Shown here one piece after another: positions 27,768 through 37,328 of a stretch of 64,000 nucleotides of DNA (the stretch's first letter is position 1; the number at the start of each line of letters is the position of its first letter). The notes beneath the pieces are model-generated. The model did no database searches. It saw only the letters and a program-made list of their open reading frames with translations, and was not told the origin of the DNA. The position numbers were made by a program, and so were the translations under genes. The stretch comes from Patescibacteria group bacterium (GTDB taxonomy: Bacteria; Patescibacteriota; Saccharimonadia; Saccharimonadales; CAYUUR01): positions 13,249 through 77,248 of the forward strand of contig JBPOIH010000007.1 of NCBI GenBank assembly GCA_052034685.1, in the 5' to 3' direction.

Positions 27768-29804
27768 TCAGTTTAGGTTTGTGATGGCTCTTAGTTTTTC
27801 TACGATGTCGTGTAGTTCCTTGTATTGTACCAGTAGTCCTGGCGTATCCAGTACCTTTTGTGCTGCAGAGCGGGCTTCGGCAATGAGCTTTGTATCTGTT
27901 AGTTTGGCAATCCTCAGGTCTAGCTCCCCATGCTGCATACTTCCATAAATAGCCCCAGGACCACGCAGTTCAAGATCAAGCTCCGCCAAGCCAAAGCCAT
28001 CAGAACTTGTCTCCAACGCTCGTAAGCGCCGCGAAACTGGCTTATTGTCTGTGAGCAGTAAGTAACAATGCGCTTGTTGTTTGCCACGCCCAACCCGCCC
28101 ACGAAGCTGATGCGCCTGTGCCAAGCCAAAGCGTTCAGCCGACTCGATCACCATAACAGTCGCGTTTGGCACATCGACGCCAACCTCAATTACGGTTGTA
28201 GCTACCAACACATCAAGTTCATGATCAACAAATGACTGCATAATCTGTTGTTTCTCAGTGCTTTTCAGCTTGCCATGCAGCAAGCCGACTCGTCGGTGCT
28301 TAAAGACTCCTTTACTAAGGCGTTTATGGACTTCTTCTGCTGAAGCAGCTTGCAACATGTCCGATTCGGTAATAAGTGGGGTAACTACAAATATCTGTTC
28401 GCCTGCGTCAATATGCTTATCAATATCTTTATACAGGGCGTCACGCGAGGCTGCGGGTACGACCTTTGTCTTGATTGGCTTCCGTAGGGCTGGCTTGGTA
28501 GCAATAATACTCATGTCCATTTCACCATAGACAGTCAGGGCCAAACTGCGTGGAATTGGCGTTGCTGTCATCGTCAAAACATGTACGGCATGCCCTGCTT
28601 TGGACTGCAATTTCTTGCGTTGTTCAACCCCAAACCGGTGCTGCTCATCAACAATTACTAATCCGAGGTTTGGTGGCTGCACAGAGTCTTGGATAAGTGC
28701 ATGCGTTCCAATAATAAGCCGTGCTTGGTTATCTTTGATAGCTTGATGTGCACGTTTCTTTTGCGCGGTGCTCAGACTGCCCACTAGTAGGCATAATTGG
28801 TTGGCAAAACCGAGCGGCTCAAGTAAAGCATGGATCGAGCCGGCGTGTTGGCGCGCTAAGATTTCTGTCGGCGCCATTATAGTAACCTGATAGCCTTGCT
28901 CCATTGCCATGAGCGCAGCCATTGTAGCGACGACAGTCTTGCCAGAGCCAACATCGCCCTCTAGTAAGCGATTCATCGGTTGCTCTTTGGCAATATCTTG
29001 ATAGATTTGCCACACAACCTTGCGCTGGTCATCAGTAAGCTTAAATGGCAACTGCGACACGAACGCTTGAGCAAGCTTCTGTGAAAACGGAATTGCTATT
29101 GCCGTTTGATGAGCGATCGCCTGCCTATTAAGAAGACTCGCTAAGCTTAAATTAAACACTTCTTCAAAACCCAAGCGACGCTTAGCAGCAGCGAGCTCGT
29201 CAGGCGACTGTGGAAAGTGCAAACGCATATACGCTTCTGCACGACTGAGTAAATCACCTCGTTTAATTACATCAGACGGTAATGACTCAGGTAGGCGCTT
29301 AATCACAGGTCGAATTTCCTGAAAGATTTTGCGAAGGACTGTATTAGTGACACCCTGACGCTCAGGGTAAATCGGTATAACTCTTGCCGCATTTACAGGG
29401 TAATCCGATACCAGCTCCATAGACGGATTCATAATGGCGAGTTTTTGGCGACTCAGCTCAAACACTCCAGAGACGTAATATTCTGCTCCTTTTTTAGTCT
29501 GCGCAGCCCGATACGACTGATTGAACCAAACAATGCGGACAGATCCAGTCTCATCGCTCGCCACCGCTTCTGTAACATGCATGCCGCGACGCACATATCG
29601 GCCAGCGATGGACGCAATCGTAACTTTGATTGTCACAGGACCAGGATGCAGTTTGACCACAGGAGTCACTACAGAGAAATCTTGATATGCACGTGGAAAA
29701 TATTCAACCAAATCGTGGACAGTGCGAATCGACAGGATATTGAGCTTTTGTTCTAGTTTAGGACCCACTCCCTTTATCTCGCCGACCGGCGTCTGCAGTT
29801 TCAT
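27768..29804 (-). CDS. recG: ATP-dependent DNA helicase RecG
   Basis: GDVGSGKT, DEQHRFGV, TATPIPRSL, QLRGRVGRG, DLELRGPG. Confidence 0.98.
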   Translation of the reverse strand: MKLQTPVGEIKGVGPKLEQKLNILSIRTVHDLVEYFPRAYQDFSVVTPVVKLHPGPVTIKVTIASIAGRYVRRGMHVTEAVASDETGSVRIVWFNQSYRAAQTKKGAEYYVSGVFELSRQKLAIMNPSMELVSDYPVNAARVIPIYPERQGVTNTVLRKIFQEIRPVIKRLPESLPSDVIKRGDLLSRAEAYMRLHFPQSPDELAAAKRRLGFEEVFNLSLASLLNRQAIAHQTAIAIPFSQKLAQAFVSQLPFKLTDDQRKVVWQIYQDIAKEQPMNRLLEGDVGSGKTVVATMAALMAMEQGYQVTIMAPTEILARQHAGSIHALLEPLGFANQLCLLVGSLSTAQKKRAHQAIKDNQARLIIGTHALIQDSVQPPNLGLVIVDEQHRFGVEQRKKLQSKAGHAVHVLTMTATPIPRSLALTVYGEMDMSIIATKPALRKPIKTKVVPAASRDALYKDIDKHIDAGEQIFVVTPLITESDMLQAASAEEVHKRLSKGVFKHRRVGLLHGKLKSTEKQQIMQSFVDHELDVLVATTVIEVGVDVPNATVMVIESAERFGLAQAHQLRGRVGRGKQQAHCYLLLTDNKPVSRRLRALETSSDGFGLAELDLELRGPGAIYGSMQHGELDLRIAKLTDTKLIAEARSAAQKVLDTPGLLVQYKELHDIVEKLRAITNLN

Positions 29805-29827
29805 AAGGCTAGTATAGCTGACTCAGT

Positions 29828-30604
29828 CTATTTGGCTTTTCGAACAAGCAAAAACGTACTTGGGCCAAAATATGTGTGGGCAAGCGGCTTCTGTAGGACT
29901 CGCTCCACTTTCATCATCACAGATACAGGCACAAATTTCTTGAGTCCAGGACTGCGCAAGTTAGAAACACTGAGCACTTTATCAACTTTAAGACCTGCGT
30001 GAGCGAGCTGACGAATTACCGTTTTAGGGTGGTGGTTCACAAAAGGAATCTCGTCTTTGTTCTTGTGTTCTTCTGAACGAATGTCGACCGGTTGTTTTGG
30101 CACTTTTTGGCCTTTGAGCATGTATTTCAGTCGGTTACGCGCGTGGGTATTGTTGGCGACTTCAAGGATTAGAACGCCATCGGCAGATAACACGCGAGCA
30201 AGTTCGTTAAATTCTTGGGTTGGGTCTGGCAGATGATGCATGACGCGGATCATAGTGATGAGGTCAAGTTCACCATCTTTGAACTGTAAGTCATCGGCTT
30301 GCATAAGCTTTCGATCAATTTCTGGATGGTCTTTGAGATAGTCCTTGGCAATATCTAGTTGCTGTTGCGATGGCTCGGCTAAAGTAACTTTATCGGCGTA
30401 GTCTTCAAGTAAAAGACATAATCGGCCGTAGCCACCGCCGATATCTGTGGCGTGACGAAAGTGCTTCCCCTTAAGGAATCGAGTTATTGCGACTTCTTCT
30501 GCGGCATGTTCGTACTCGCGTCCATCCCAATAATGCAGATAATTGTGATTAGGATCATTGTACTGGTCAGCTTTTTTCTTGGTTGATTTGGTTGTTTTAT
30601 TCAT
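29828..30604 (-). CDS. Class I SAM-dependent methyltransferase
   Basis: DIGGGYGR motif I, RVMHHL, ELARVL. Confidence 0.88.
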   Translation of the reverse strand: MNKTTKSTKKKADQYNDPNHNYLHYWDGREYEHAAEEVAITRFLKGKHFRHATDIGGGYGRLCLLLEDYADKVTLAEPSQQQLDIAKDYLKDHPEIDRKLMQADDLQFKDGELDLITMIRVMHHLPDPTQEFNELARVLSADGVLILEVANNTHARNRLKYMLKGQKVPKQPVDIRSEEHKNKDEIPFVNHHPKTVIRQLAHAGLKVDKVLSVSNLRSPGLKKFVPVSVMMKVERVLQKPLAHTYFGPSTFLLVRKAK

Positions 30605-30643
30605 AGTGAAAAGTATAACAGCTCCTTGGGCTCGTCTTCGTTG

Positions 30644-31879
30644 TTATTTTTGTTCGACGATAGCAAAGCTATTCTTGCCACGCTTGAGCAGACTTGCTCC
30701 AGAATCAAAGCCCTGCTGTTCTAGCGTTACCTTCTGGCCGTTGATAGTAATTGCGCCAGCCGCGATAAATCGATTAGCTTCGCTGTTTGAGCTTGCAAGT
30801 CCAGCTTTGACTACCGTAGCGGCAATATTGTCCTGAGCTTGCACTGTTACAAGTTCGTCTTTAAGCAAAGCGACATCATCGGTTTTTAGCTCAGTAAAAT
30901 CTGCACCACCAAACAGTACATTAGTAACACGTTCTGCGGATGCAGCTCGGTCAGCACCGTGGACAATCGTCGTTACTTCTTGGGCGAGTCGTTTCTGAGC
31001 GCTACGAGCAGCTGGGTCTTTTTTGAAACACGCCATAATCTCATCAATGCTGGACTTATCAAGCGGAGTGTAGACCTTCAGGTAGTCTTCTACGCCGCCA
31101 TCGTCAGCGTTGAGCCAGAATTGATAGAACTTGAATACACTCGTCTGCTCGGGGTCGAGCCATACGGCTCCGTCCTCAGTTTTACCAAACTTAACACCTG
31201 TTGCTTTGTTGATGATCAGCGGGGTTGTCCATACGTGCGCTTCCTTGCCTGTTTTTCGGCGAATCAAATCAACCCCTGTGATGCTGTTACCCCACTGATC
31301 GGAACCACTCAACTGGAGTGTTACACCATACTTCTCAAAGAGGTGTAAAAAGTCATAGCCTTGAATCAGCGAGTAACTGAACTCTGCATAACTTATTCCA
31401 GCACCATTTTCACCAAGACGAGACTGAACAAAGTCACGTGCGAGCATTTGTCTCATCGGTACGTGTTTGCCGACTTCGCGTAAAAAGTCTAGATAGTTCA
31501 TATCCTTGAACCAGTTATAGTTATCAACCACCTTGAATTCAATACCGTCAAACACCTGCTTATACTGCGCAATGATACCTTTTTTGTTCTGAGCAACAAT
31601 TTCAGGGGTCTTAAGGTCTCTCTCCTGGGCTTTGCCGTCAGGATCACCTATGAGACCAGTTGCGCCACCAACAAGCAGTACGGGAGTGTAGCCGTGGCGA
31701 ATAAACACACGCGCCATCATAGCGGCCGCCAAATTACCAATTTGCATTGATGGGGCGCTCGGGTCAACACCCCAATAGAATGTCCGTTTTTTGGAATCAA
31801 GTTCGGTAATACTCTGGAAGGTTGTCTGATCTACAAAACCTCGCCATTTCAGCTCTTCAGATAGTGTCATTTTACTCAT
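30644..31879 (-). CDS. tyrS: Tyrosine--tRNA ligase
   Basis: YWGVDPS, QIGN (HIGH variant), GGATGLIGDP, QGYDF, GSDQWG, KFGKT, C-terminal S4 domain. Confidence 0.97.
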   Translation of the reverse strand: MSKMTLSEELKWRGFVDQTTFQSITELDSKKRTFYWGVDPSAPSMQIGNLAAAMMARVFIRHGYTPVLLVGGATGLIGDPDGKAQERDLKTPEIVAQNKKGIIAQYKQVFDGIEFKVVDNYNWFKDMNYLDFLREVGKHVPMRQMLARDFVQSRLGENGAGISYAEFSYSLIQGYDFLHLFEKYGVTLQLSGSDQWGNSITGVDLIRRKTGKEAHVWTTPLIINKATGVKFGKTEDGAVWLDPEQTSVFKFYQFWLNADDGGVEDYLKVYTPLDKSSIDEIMACFKKDPAARSAQKRLAQEVTTIVHGADRAASAERVTNVLFGGADFTELKTDDVALLKDELVTVQAQDNIAATVVKAGLASSNSEANRFIAAGAITINGQKVTLEQQGFDSGASLLKRGKNSFAIVEQK

Positions 31880-31992
31880 AGAGAAAAGTATAGCGTACTT
31901 GGCTGGCTAGTACCCAGCATTAGCAGTATTTTTAACTTGAAATCATTAAAATTTGCTATACTTAATTGGAATCAAGGAGTATTCGACAGTAC

Positions 31993-34983
31993 ATGAGTTT
32001 ATTCAACAAAAAGCAGGGGCGGAATAGTAACCGCGCCAAGAATCAGTTCACAACCAAATCTGGCAACAACATCAAGCTCAACAAAAGCCTCGGAGCACGG
32101 GCTAAAGCGCGCAAGGATGCTCGCTTACGCAACAAGGCAGCCTATTTGAGCACGCTTCCTAAGGGGCGCGTCAAGCGTTTTTTTGCGCGTTTACACCCCA
32201 AACGTGTATATCGCTACTGGTTTAGCCGTGAGGGCGGTGTTATGGCGCTCAAGATCTTGGGTATTGCAACCGTTGCTGCATTCTTATTAATCGTGGGTTT
32301 ATTTGCATACTTCAGAAAAGACCTACCTAACCTTAAAGATATCTCTGGGAAAAATATTGGCGGAAGCGTTCGGTACTATGACCGCAGCGGTAAACATTTG
32401 CTCTGGGAAGATTACGATGCTGTAAAACGCATCCCGGTTGGTAGTAAGGGTATATCACAAGATATGAAAGACGCCACGGTGGCAATCGAAGACAAAGACT
32501 TCTTCGAGCATGGTGGTTTTGACGTACGCGGCATTATGCGTGCCGGCGTTAATAACATCACCGGTAGTTCCGGCGGCCAACAAGGTGGGTCAACTATTAC
32601 ACAACAGCTTGTAAAGCTAACCCAGAACTGGACACAAGACCGTACATATACACGTAAAGTTAAGGAAATCATCCTTTCAGTTGAACTTGAAAGAAGTTAT
32701 ACAAAAGAAGAAATCCTTGCCGGTTACCTGGATACCGCACCTTATGGAGGTATTGAATATGGTGTTGAGGCAGCTGCCCAGGGATACTTTGGCAAGCCAG
32801 CCAGCAAAATAACCCTTGCTGAAGCAAGCTTCCTGGCAACCATTCCAAAATCTCCACGATACTATTCACCCTACAGCGCAGACTTTGACAAAGAAGCATT
32901 TACTGATAGACAGCACTACATACTTAACCTCATGGCAGAACAAGGTATGATCACTGCCGAGGAGCGCGACGCGGCAAAGAAAGTTAAGGTTCTGGCAAGC
33001 GTCAAACAACGAAAGCCAAAGTACGAGAACATAAAAGCGCCATGGTTTGTTCTGGCAGCTAAGAAACAGTTGGAAGACAAGTACGGCACTGAGACTGTCC
33101 AACGTGGTGGCTGGCAAGTTAAGACCACCCTCGACCTTAAACTCCAAAAGGCTGCCGAGGAACAAGTCAAAAACGGCATGTACCAAATTCGTGCGCAAGG
33201 CGGTGACACTGCTGCGTTTGCTGCGAGTGATGTCACAAACGGACAGATGGTGGCATTAGTCGGAGGTTCAGACTTTGACAATAAGGATTTCGGTAAAATT
33301 AACTATGCCACACGACCACTACCTCCAGGCTCGAGCTTCAAACCATATGACTACTTAGCACTTATCGAACACAGCACTAACTTTGGAGCGGGTTCGGTAC
33401 TGTACGACACCAAAGGTAAGATCGAGGGCTATGAATGTACCAACAAAGGCCTGCCGCCACCACGCGGTAGCGGTAACTGTCTGTACGACTACGACTTCCG
33501 ATTCCCTGGACCACTGACATTGCGTTACGCACTGGGAGGTTCACGTAACGTCCCTGCTGTGAAGGCGATGCTCATTGCTGGCGTAGACAAGACTATAGAA
33601 ACGGCCGAGAAGCTTGGACTCAAGAGCGGCTATAAATGTTACGCAGCTGGCACGCCAGATATCAGCCAGGCTGCACCTGCTGATGAAACACAATGCTACG
33701 GATCTTCAGCAATTGGCGATGGTGCTTATCTGCGCCTTGACGAACACGTACACGCATACGGAACAATCTCCAGAAACGGCGTCAAATTAGAGCAGACTTA
33801 CATACTTGAGATTAACGATGCTACCAACAAGCCTGTCTACAAATGGAAGGCCGAAAAAGGCGAACAAGTAGTCCGACCTGATGGCGCCTATATTGTGGCT
33901 AATATGCTGGAAGATCCGAATGCGAGCTACTTCCCAGCAGGTCGTAAGCCTCACCGCTACAACGACTGGAAGTTCGCTATGAAGACTGGTACGACCAACG
34001 ATGCTAAAGACGGTTGGATGATGGGATTCTCCACCAAGTACGCCGCTGGCGTCTGGGTAGGCTATCACACTGGGCAAAAGGAAATGTCAGGAACTATGGA
34101 AGCAATGACGCAGCCTATATGGCAAGGCTGGATGCGTTCTGCTCACGACGGCGTCAAAGCTGTTGATCGCAAGAAGCCAGAAGGCGTCCAGAGCAAACCT
34201 GCATATGTCATCCGTAGCCATGTTGGTATTGGCTCTATTGAACCAAGCCCAGCCAATGACCTCTTCCCTTCATGGTACAAGCAGCCTAATAAGACCAAAT
34301 CAAGCAACAAGACAATTGACGTAGTCTCTAATAAGCTGGCGACCAACTGTACACCAGAACGTGCCAAAAAGAAGACTACCGAACGCGATGCCTCATCATT
34401 CTCAGGAGATACCTTTGTTGATGGCGGTGGCGCAAACACCCAAGAAAAAGATGATGTTCACAAATGTGGCGACAAGAAACCAACCGTCAGCGTCAGTACA
34501 GCATGTAGCAATGGTACTTGTGTACTTACGGCAAACATCAAGCAAGGTACGCACCCTCTGAATAGCAGTCGCTTCCCAGGCACTCTAACCTTTACGGTAG
34601 ACGGTGCCACAGTTAAGACAGTTAACGTCAAGAGCTCTGGAACGGTTAAACATACGGTCACGGGTAGTGGTAGCAAGAAAGTCAGTGTAAGTCTGGTCGA
34701 TAGTGTCCTGTATGATGCTTCAGACTCCGACACGGCCAGCTTTGGTAGCGCCAACAGTGCAAGTGAAAACATCACCATAACGTCAGCCGTGCGCAATGGT
34801 AGTGCCTCATGGTCAGGTGGGTCAGGCAGTGTTCAGATATTCAAGCGTAGTGGCGGTGGACCGGTATGTAGCGGTAGTGCAAGCAGCAGCTGTTCAATTG
34901 GCAGCTTGCCTGTTGGTACTCTCATCTACGCACGAGATGATGAAGGCAACGAATCAGACGACTTTGCCGTTACGAGTTCCTAG
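31993..34983 (+). CDS. Class A penicillin-binding protein (transglycosylase plus transpeptidase) with Cys/Ser-rich C-terminal extension
   Basis: TM anchor, AIEDKDF, GGSTITQQL, RKVKE; SSFK, SRN, KTGT; SD AAGGAG upstream of ATG 31993. Confidence 0.93.
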   Translation: MSLFNKKQGRNSNRAKNQFTTKSGNNIKLNKSLGARAKARKDARLRNKAAYLSTLPKGRVKRFFARLHPKRVYRYWFSREGGVMALKILGIATVAAFLLIVGLFAYFRKDLPNLKDISGKNIGGSVRYYDRSGKHLLWEDYDAVKRIPVGSKGISQDMKDATVAIEDKDFFEHGGFDVRGIMRAGVNNITGSSGGQQGGSTITQQLVKLTQNWTQDRTYTRKVKEIILSVELERSYTKEEILAGYLDTAPYGGIEYGVEAAAQGYFGKPASKITLAEASFLATIPKSPRYYSPYSADFDKEAFTDRQHYILNLMAEQGMITAEERDAAKKVKVLASVKQRKPKYENIKAPWFVLAAKKQLEDKYGTETVQRGGWQVKTTLDLKLQKAAEEQVKNGMYQIRAQGGDTAAFAASDVTNGQMVALVGGSDFDNKDFGKINYATRPLPPGSSFKPYDYLALIEHSTNFGAGSVLYDTKGKIEGYECTNKGLPPPRGSGNCLYDYDFRFPGPLTLRYALGGSRNVPAVKAMLIAGVDKTIETAEKLGLKSGYKCYAAGTPDISQAAPADETQCYGSSAIGDGAYLRLDEHVHAYGTISRNGVKLEQTYILEINDATNKPVYKWKAEKGEQVVRPDGAYIVANMLEDPNASYFPAGRKPHRYNDWKFAMKTGTTNDAKDGWMMGFSTKYAAGVWVGYHTGQKEMSGTMEAMTQPIWQGWMRSAHDGVKAVDRKKPEGVQSKPAYVIRSHVGIGSIEPSPANDLFPSWYKQPNKTKSSNKTIDVVSNKLATNCTPERAKKKTTERDASSFSGDTFVDGGGANTQEKDDVHKCGDKKPTVSVSTACSNGTCVLTANIKQGTHPLNSSRFPGTLTFTVDGATVKTVNVKSSGTVKHTVTGSGSKKVSVSLVDSVLYDASDSDTASFGSANSASENITITSAVRNGSASWSGGSGSVQIFKRSGGGPVCSGSASSSCSIGSLPVGTLIYARDDEGNESDDFAVTSS

Positions 34984-36326
34984 CTCTTCTCTAGGAAGTG
35001 ATTAAGTGCTGTGCGAATGTCTTTGACGCCAACATAACCCTTTGATTTTTTGGCGCTGATATTTGCTGGCCCGATGACCGCGTCAAAAGACAGTTTGGTA
35101 GCTTCGGCAATGCGCTTTTCGATAAACGGTACATGCCTCACCTCACCAGACAGTCCAACTTCACCAAACACAACTGCATTCTGTTTGAGCTGCATGCCTT
35201 TAGCTGCGGAGGCAATCGCCATACATATAGCAAGATCAGCGGCCGGTTCCGTAATACGAATTCCACCAACGATGTTGATATAGATATCTTGATCAGCCAG
35301 CTGAAGCTTTGTACGGCGTTCTAGCATTGCAACCAGCAAGTTAACCCTATTTAGGTCAATCCCGCTTGCAGCGCGCTTAGGATAGCCGTAGGATGTCTTA
35401 TTTACCAGCGCTTGGACCTCAACGAGAATTGGCCGTGTGCCTTCCATAGTAGCTAGGACAATCGAACCATCGCTGACTTGTCTTTCAGCTAATAATGCGG
35501 CGGAAGGATTTAGTACAGGTGCGAGCCCTTCGTTCTTCATTTCAAATATTGCAACTTCGTTAGTGGATCCAAAGCGATTTTTGACGCCACGAAGTAGCTT
35601 GAATCCCCCGTATCGATCGCCCTCTAACTGCAACACGACATCTACTAAATGCTCCAAAATCTTCGGCCCGGCAATTGAGCCTTCCTTAGTGACGTGTCCG
35701 ACTATCAAAAGTGCCGTATTGGAGCGTTTGGCTGCTGCCGTCAGAAGATGCGTACTATTTGTTATCTGGCTCACAGATCCGGCTGCTGAACTCACTCGTT
35801 CGCTAGTGATAGTCTGAATAGAGTCTACAATGACAAGGTCATATGTCTTGTCTGCGATACTCACTGCAATGTCATCTGCCGAGTTACTGGCAACAATGAG
35901 CAGCTTATCAGTGATAGCTCCAAGCCGTTCTGCCCGAAGGCCGATCTGGTGACCCGATTCTTCGCCACTTACGTAAAGCACACGATGGGCTTTTGACAGT
36001 GCATAAGCAAGCTGAAGCAAGAGCGTACTCTTACCAATACCCGGCTCACCGGCAATCAACGTTACACTACCTGCGACCACTCCACCACCAAGGACAATGT
36101 CAACATCTGACAGCCCCGTCTTCAGGCGTTTATAGGCATCAGTTCTAATGTGCTCGCCGACTTTTTTCGGGGTTAAACTTCTGCCCGCCTTGGTTATTGC
36201 GGTACTAGAGGTGTCTACTTGCTCATCTAAGCTGTTCCATTCGCCACAGTTATAACATTTGCCTGACCACGTAGAACTCTCGGCGCCACAACTACTACAT
36301 ATATACGATGTCTTTTTCTTTGCCAT
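34980..36326 (-). CDS. radA: DNA repair protein RadA/Sms
   Basis: CxxC...CxxC zinc finger, GEPGIGKST, KNRFG. Confidence 0.98.
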   Translation of the reverse strand: MAKKKTSYICSSCGAESSTWSGKCYNCGEWNSLDEQVDTSSTAITKAGRSLTPKKVGEHIRTDAYKRLKTGLSDVDIVLGGGVVAGSVTLIAGEPGIGKSTLLLQLAYALSKAHRVLYVSGEESGHQIGLRAERLGAITDKLLIVASNSADDIAVSIADKTYDLVIVDSIQTITSERVSSAAGSVSQITNSTHLLTAAAKRSNTALLIVGHVTKEGSIAGPKILEHLVDVVLQLEGDRYGGFKLLRGVKNRFGSTNEVAIFEMKNEGLAPVLNPSAALLAERQVSDGSIVLATMEGTRPILVEVQALVNKTSYGYPKRAASGIDLNRVNLLVAMLERRTKLQLADQDIYINIVGGIRITEPAADLAICMAIASAAKGMQLKQNAVVFGEVGLSGEVRHVPFIEKRIAEATKLSFDAVIGPANISAKKSKGYVGVKDIRTALNHFLEKS

Positions 36327-36345
36327 ATACGGTTAGTGTAGCAAA

Positions 36346-37314
36346 TTAGCCAGATTCTTGCGGTACAGTTCTACTGTCGAGTGATTTATAAAGATCCCTT
36401 TCTTCGAGCGCAAGCGCGTTACGTTCTTTGACGATTTGGTTGTAACGAGTAATATCGTCGCGAGTATCAGCAACCAGCTGGTTATACTCTCGTACGGCTG
36501 CGTTGTAGACAGGTACACCAGCGTTATACGCACTAGTGTTGTTTTGAGCCAGCGCAGCATCTAAGGCATTTCTTTGAAGTTGGAGCTCTTGATTAAGTCC
36601 ATCGATCTCGGCTTGTGCACTCTTTATTGAAGTGTCTAGGCTAGTAAGCTGCTTGTCCATTTTGGCAATCTTGGCTTCTCTCGCAGTAAATGCCTTTTCA
36701 TAGCGTTCTGCTAAACCGACGACTAAAGCCCGGTCGGAAAAGAATTGAGCATAGTGCTCCTCGAGTGCTGGCGGCAAGTTTGCAACTTCTGTACCGAGAA
36801 TGGAATGCAGTTCATTGGGCACAACAGATTCATCAGTTTTGCGGTACTGCTCGACGGTTGCAGCTATGCGCGGGTTTTTGAGGTTATTGAAGGCCTCTGC
36901 CGTCAGTGCATCAACCATTTGACGGGTCTTATCATCGAGACGCTCATAAGCAACATGGAGCATCTCGTGTGCAGCCGTAACTTCTTCTACTCCTGCCAGA
37001 CGATCGTCTTCTACATCATAGATGTAAATACCTGTATTGCTGACATAGCAACCGAGGACAATTGAAGCCTCTGCACTTGTGCAGTTCTGTCGGAAGGCTT
37101 CTTTGTCATTCAGTTCTGGCCGGTTCACATAGAATAGCTTCCGAGAGTAGTCGGTCATGGCACTATCATCTGCCAGCTTAACAATAGTTGCGGGCGGTTC
37201 GTAGCCACGCAGACGATACCAGTCATATATAGACTGAAAGTTGAACAAAATAAGACCAGCCGTTATAAAGACACCTATGGTCAGTATTAGTCCGGAAATC
37301 TTTGAAAAGCGCAT
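36346..37314 (-). CDS. Membrane-anchored HExxH (zincin-like) protein with C-terminal coiled coil
   Basis: N-terminal TM segment, LGCY, AAHEMLH, NELHS, heptad-rich C-terminus. Confidence 0.7.
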   Translation of the reverse strand: MRFSKISGLILTIGVFITAGLILFNFQSIYDWYRLRGYEPPATIVKLADDSAMTDYSRKLFYVNRPELNDKEAFRQNCTSAEASIVLGCYVSNTGIYIYDVEDDRLAGVEEVTAAHEMLHVAYERLDDKTRQMVDALTAEAFNNLKNPRIAATVEQYRKTDESVVPNELHSILGTEVANLPPALEEHYAQFFSDRALVVGLAERYEKAFTAREAKIAKMDKQLTSLDTSIKSAQAEIDGLNQELQLQRNALDAALAQNNTSAYNAGVPVYNAAVREYNQLVADTRDDITRYNQIVKERNALALEERDLYKSLDSRTVPQESG

Positions 37315-37328
37315 ATGTCTACTATACG

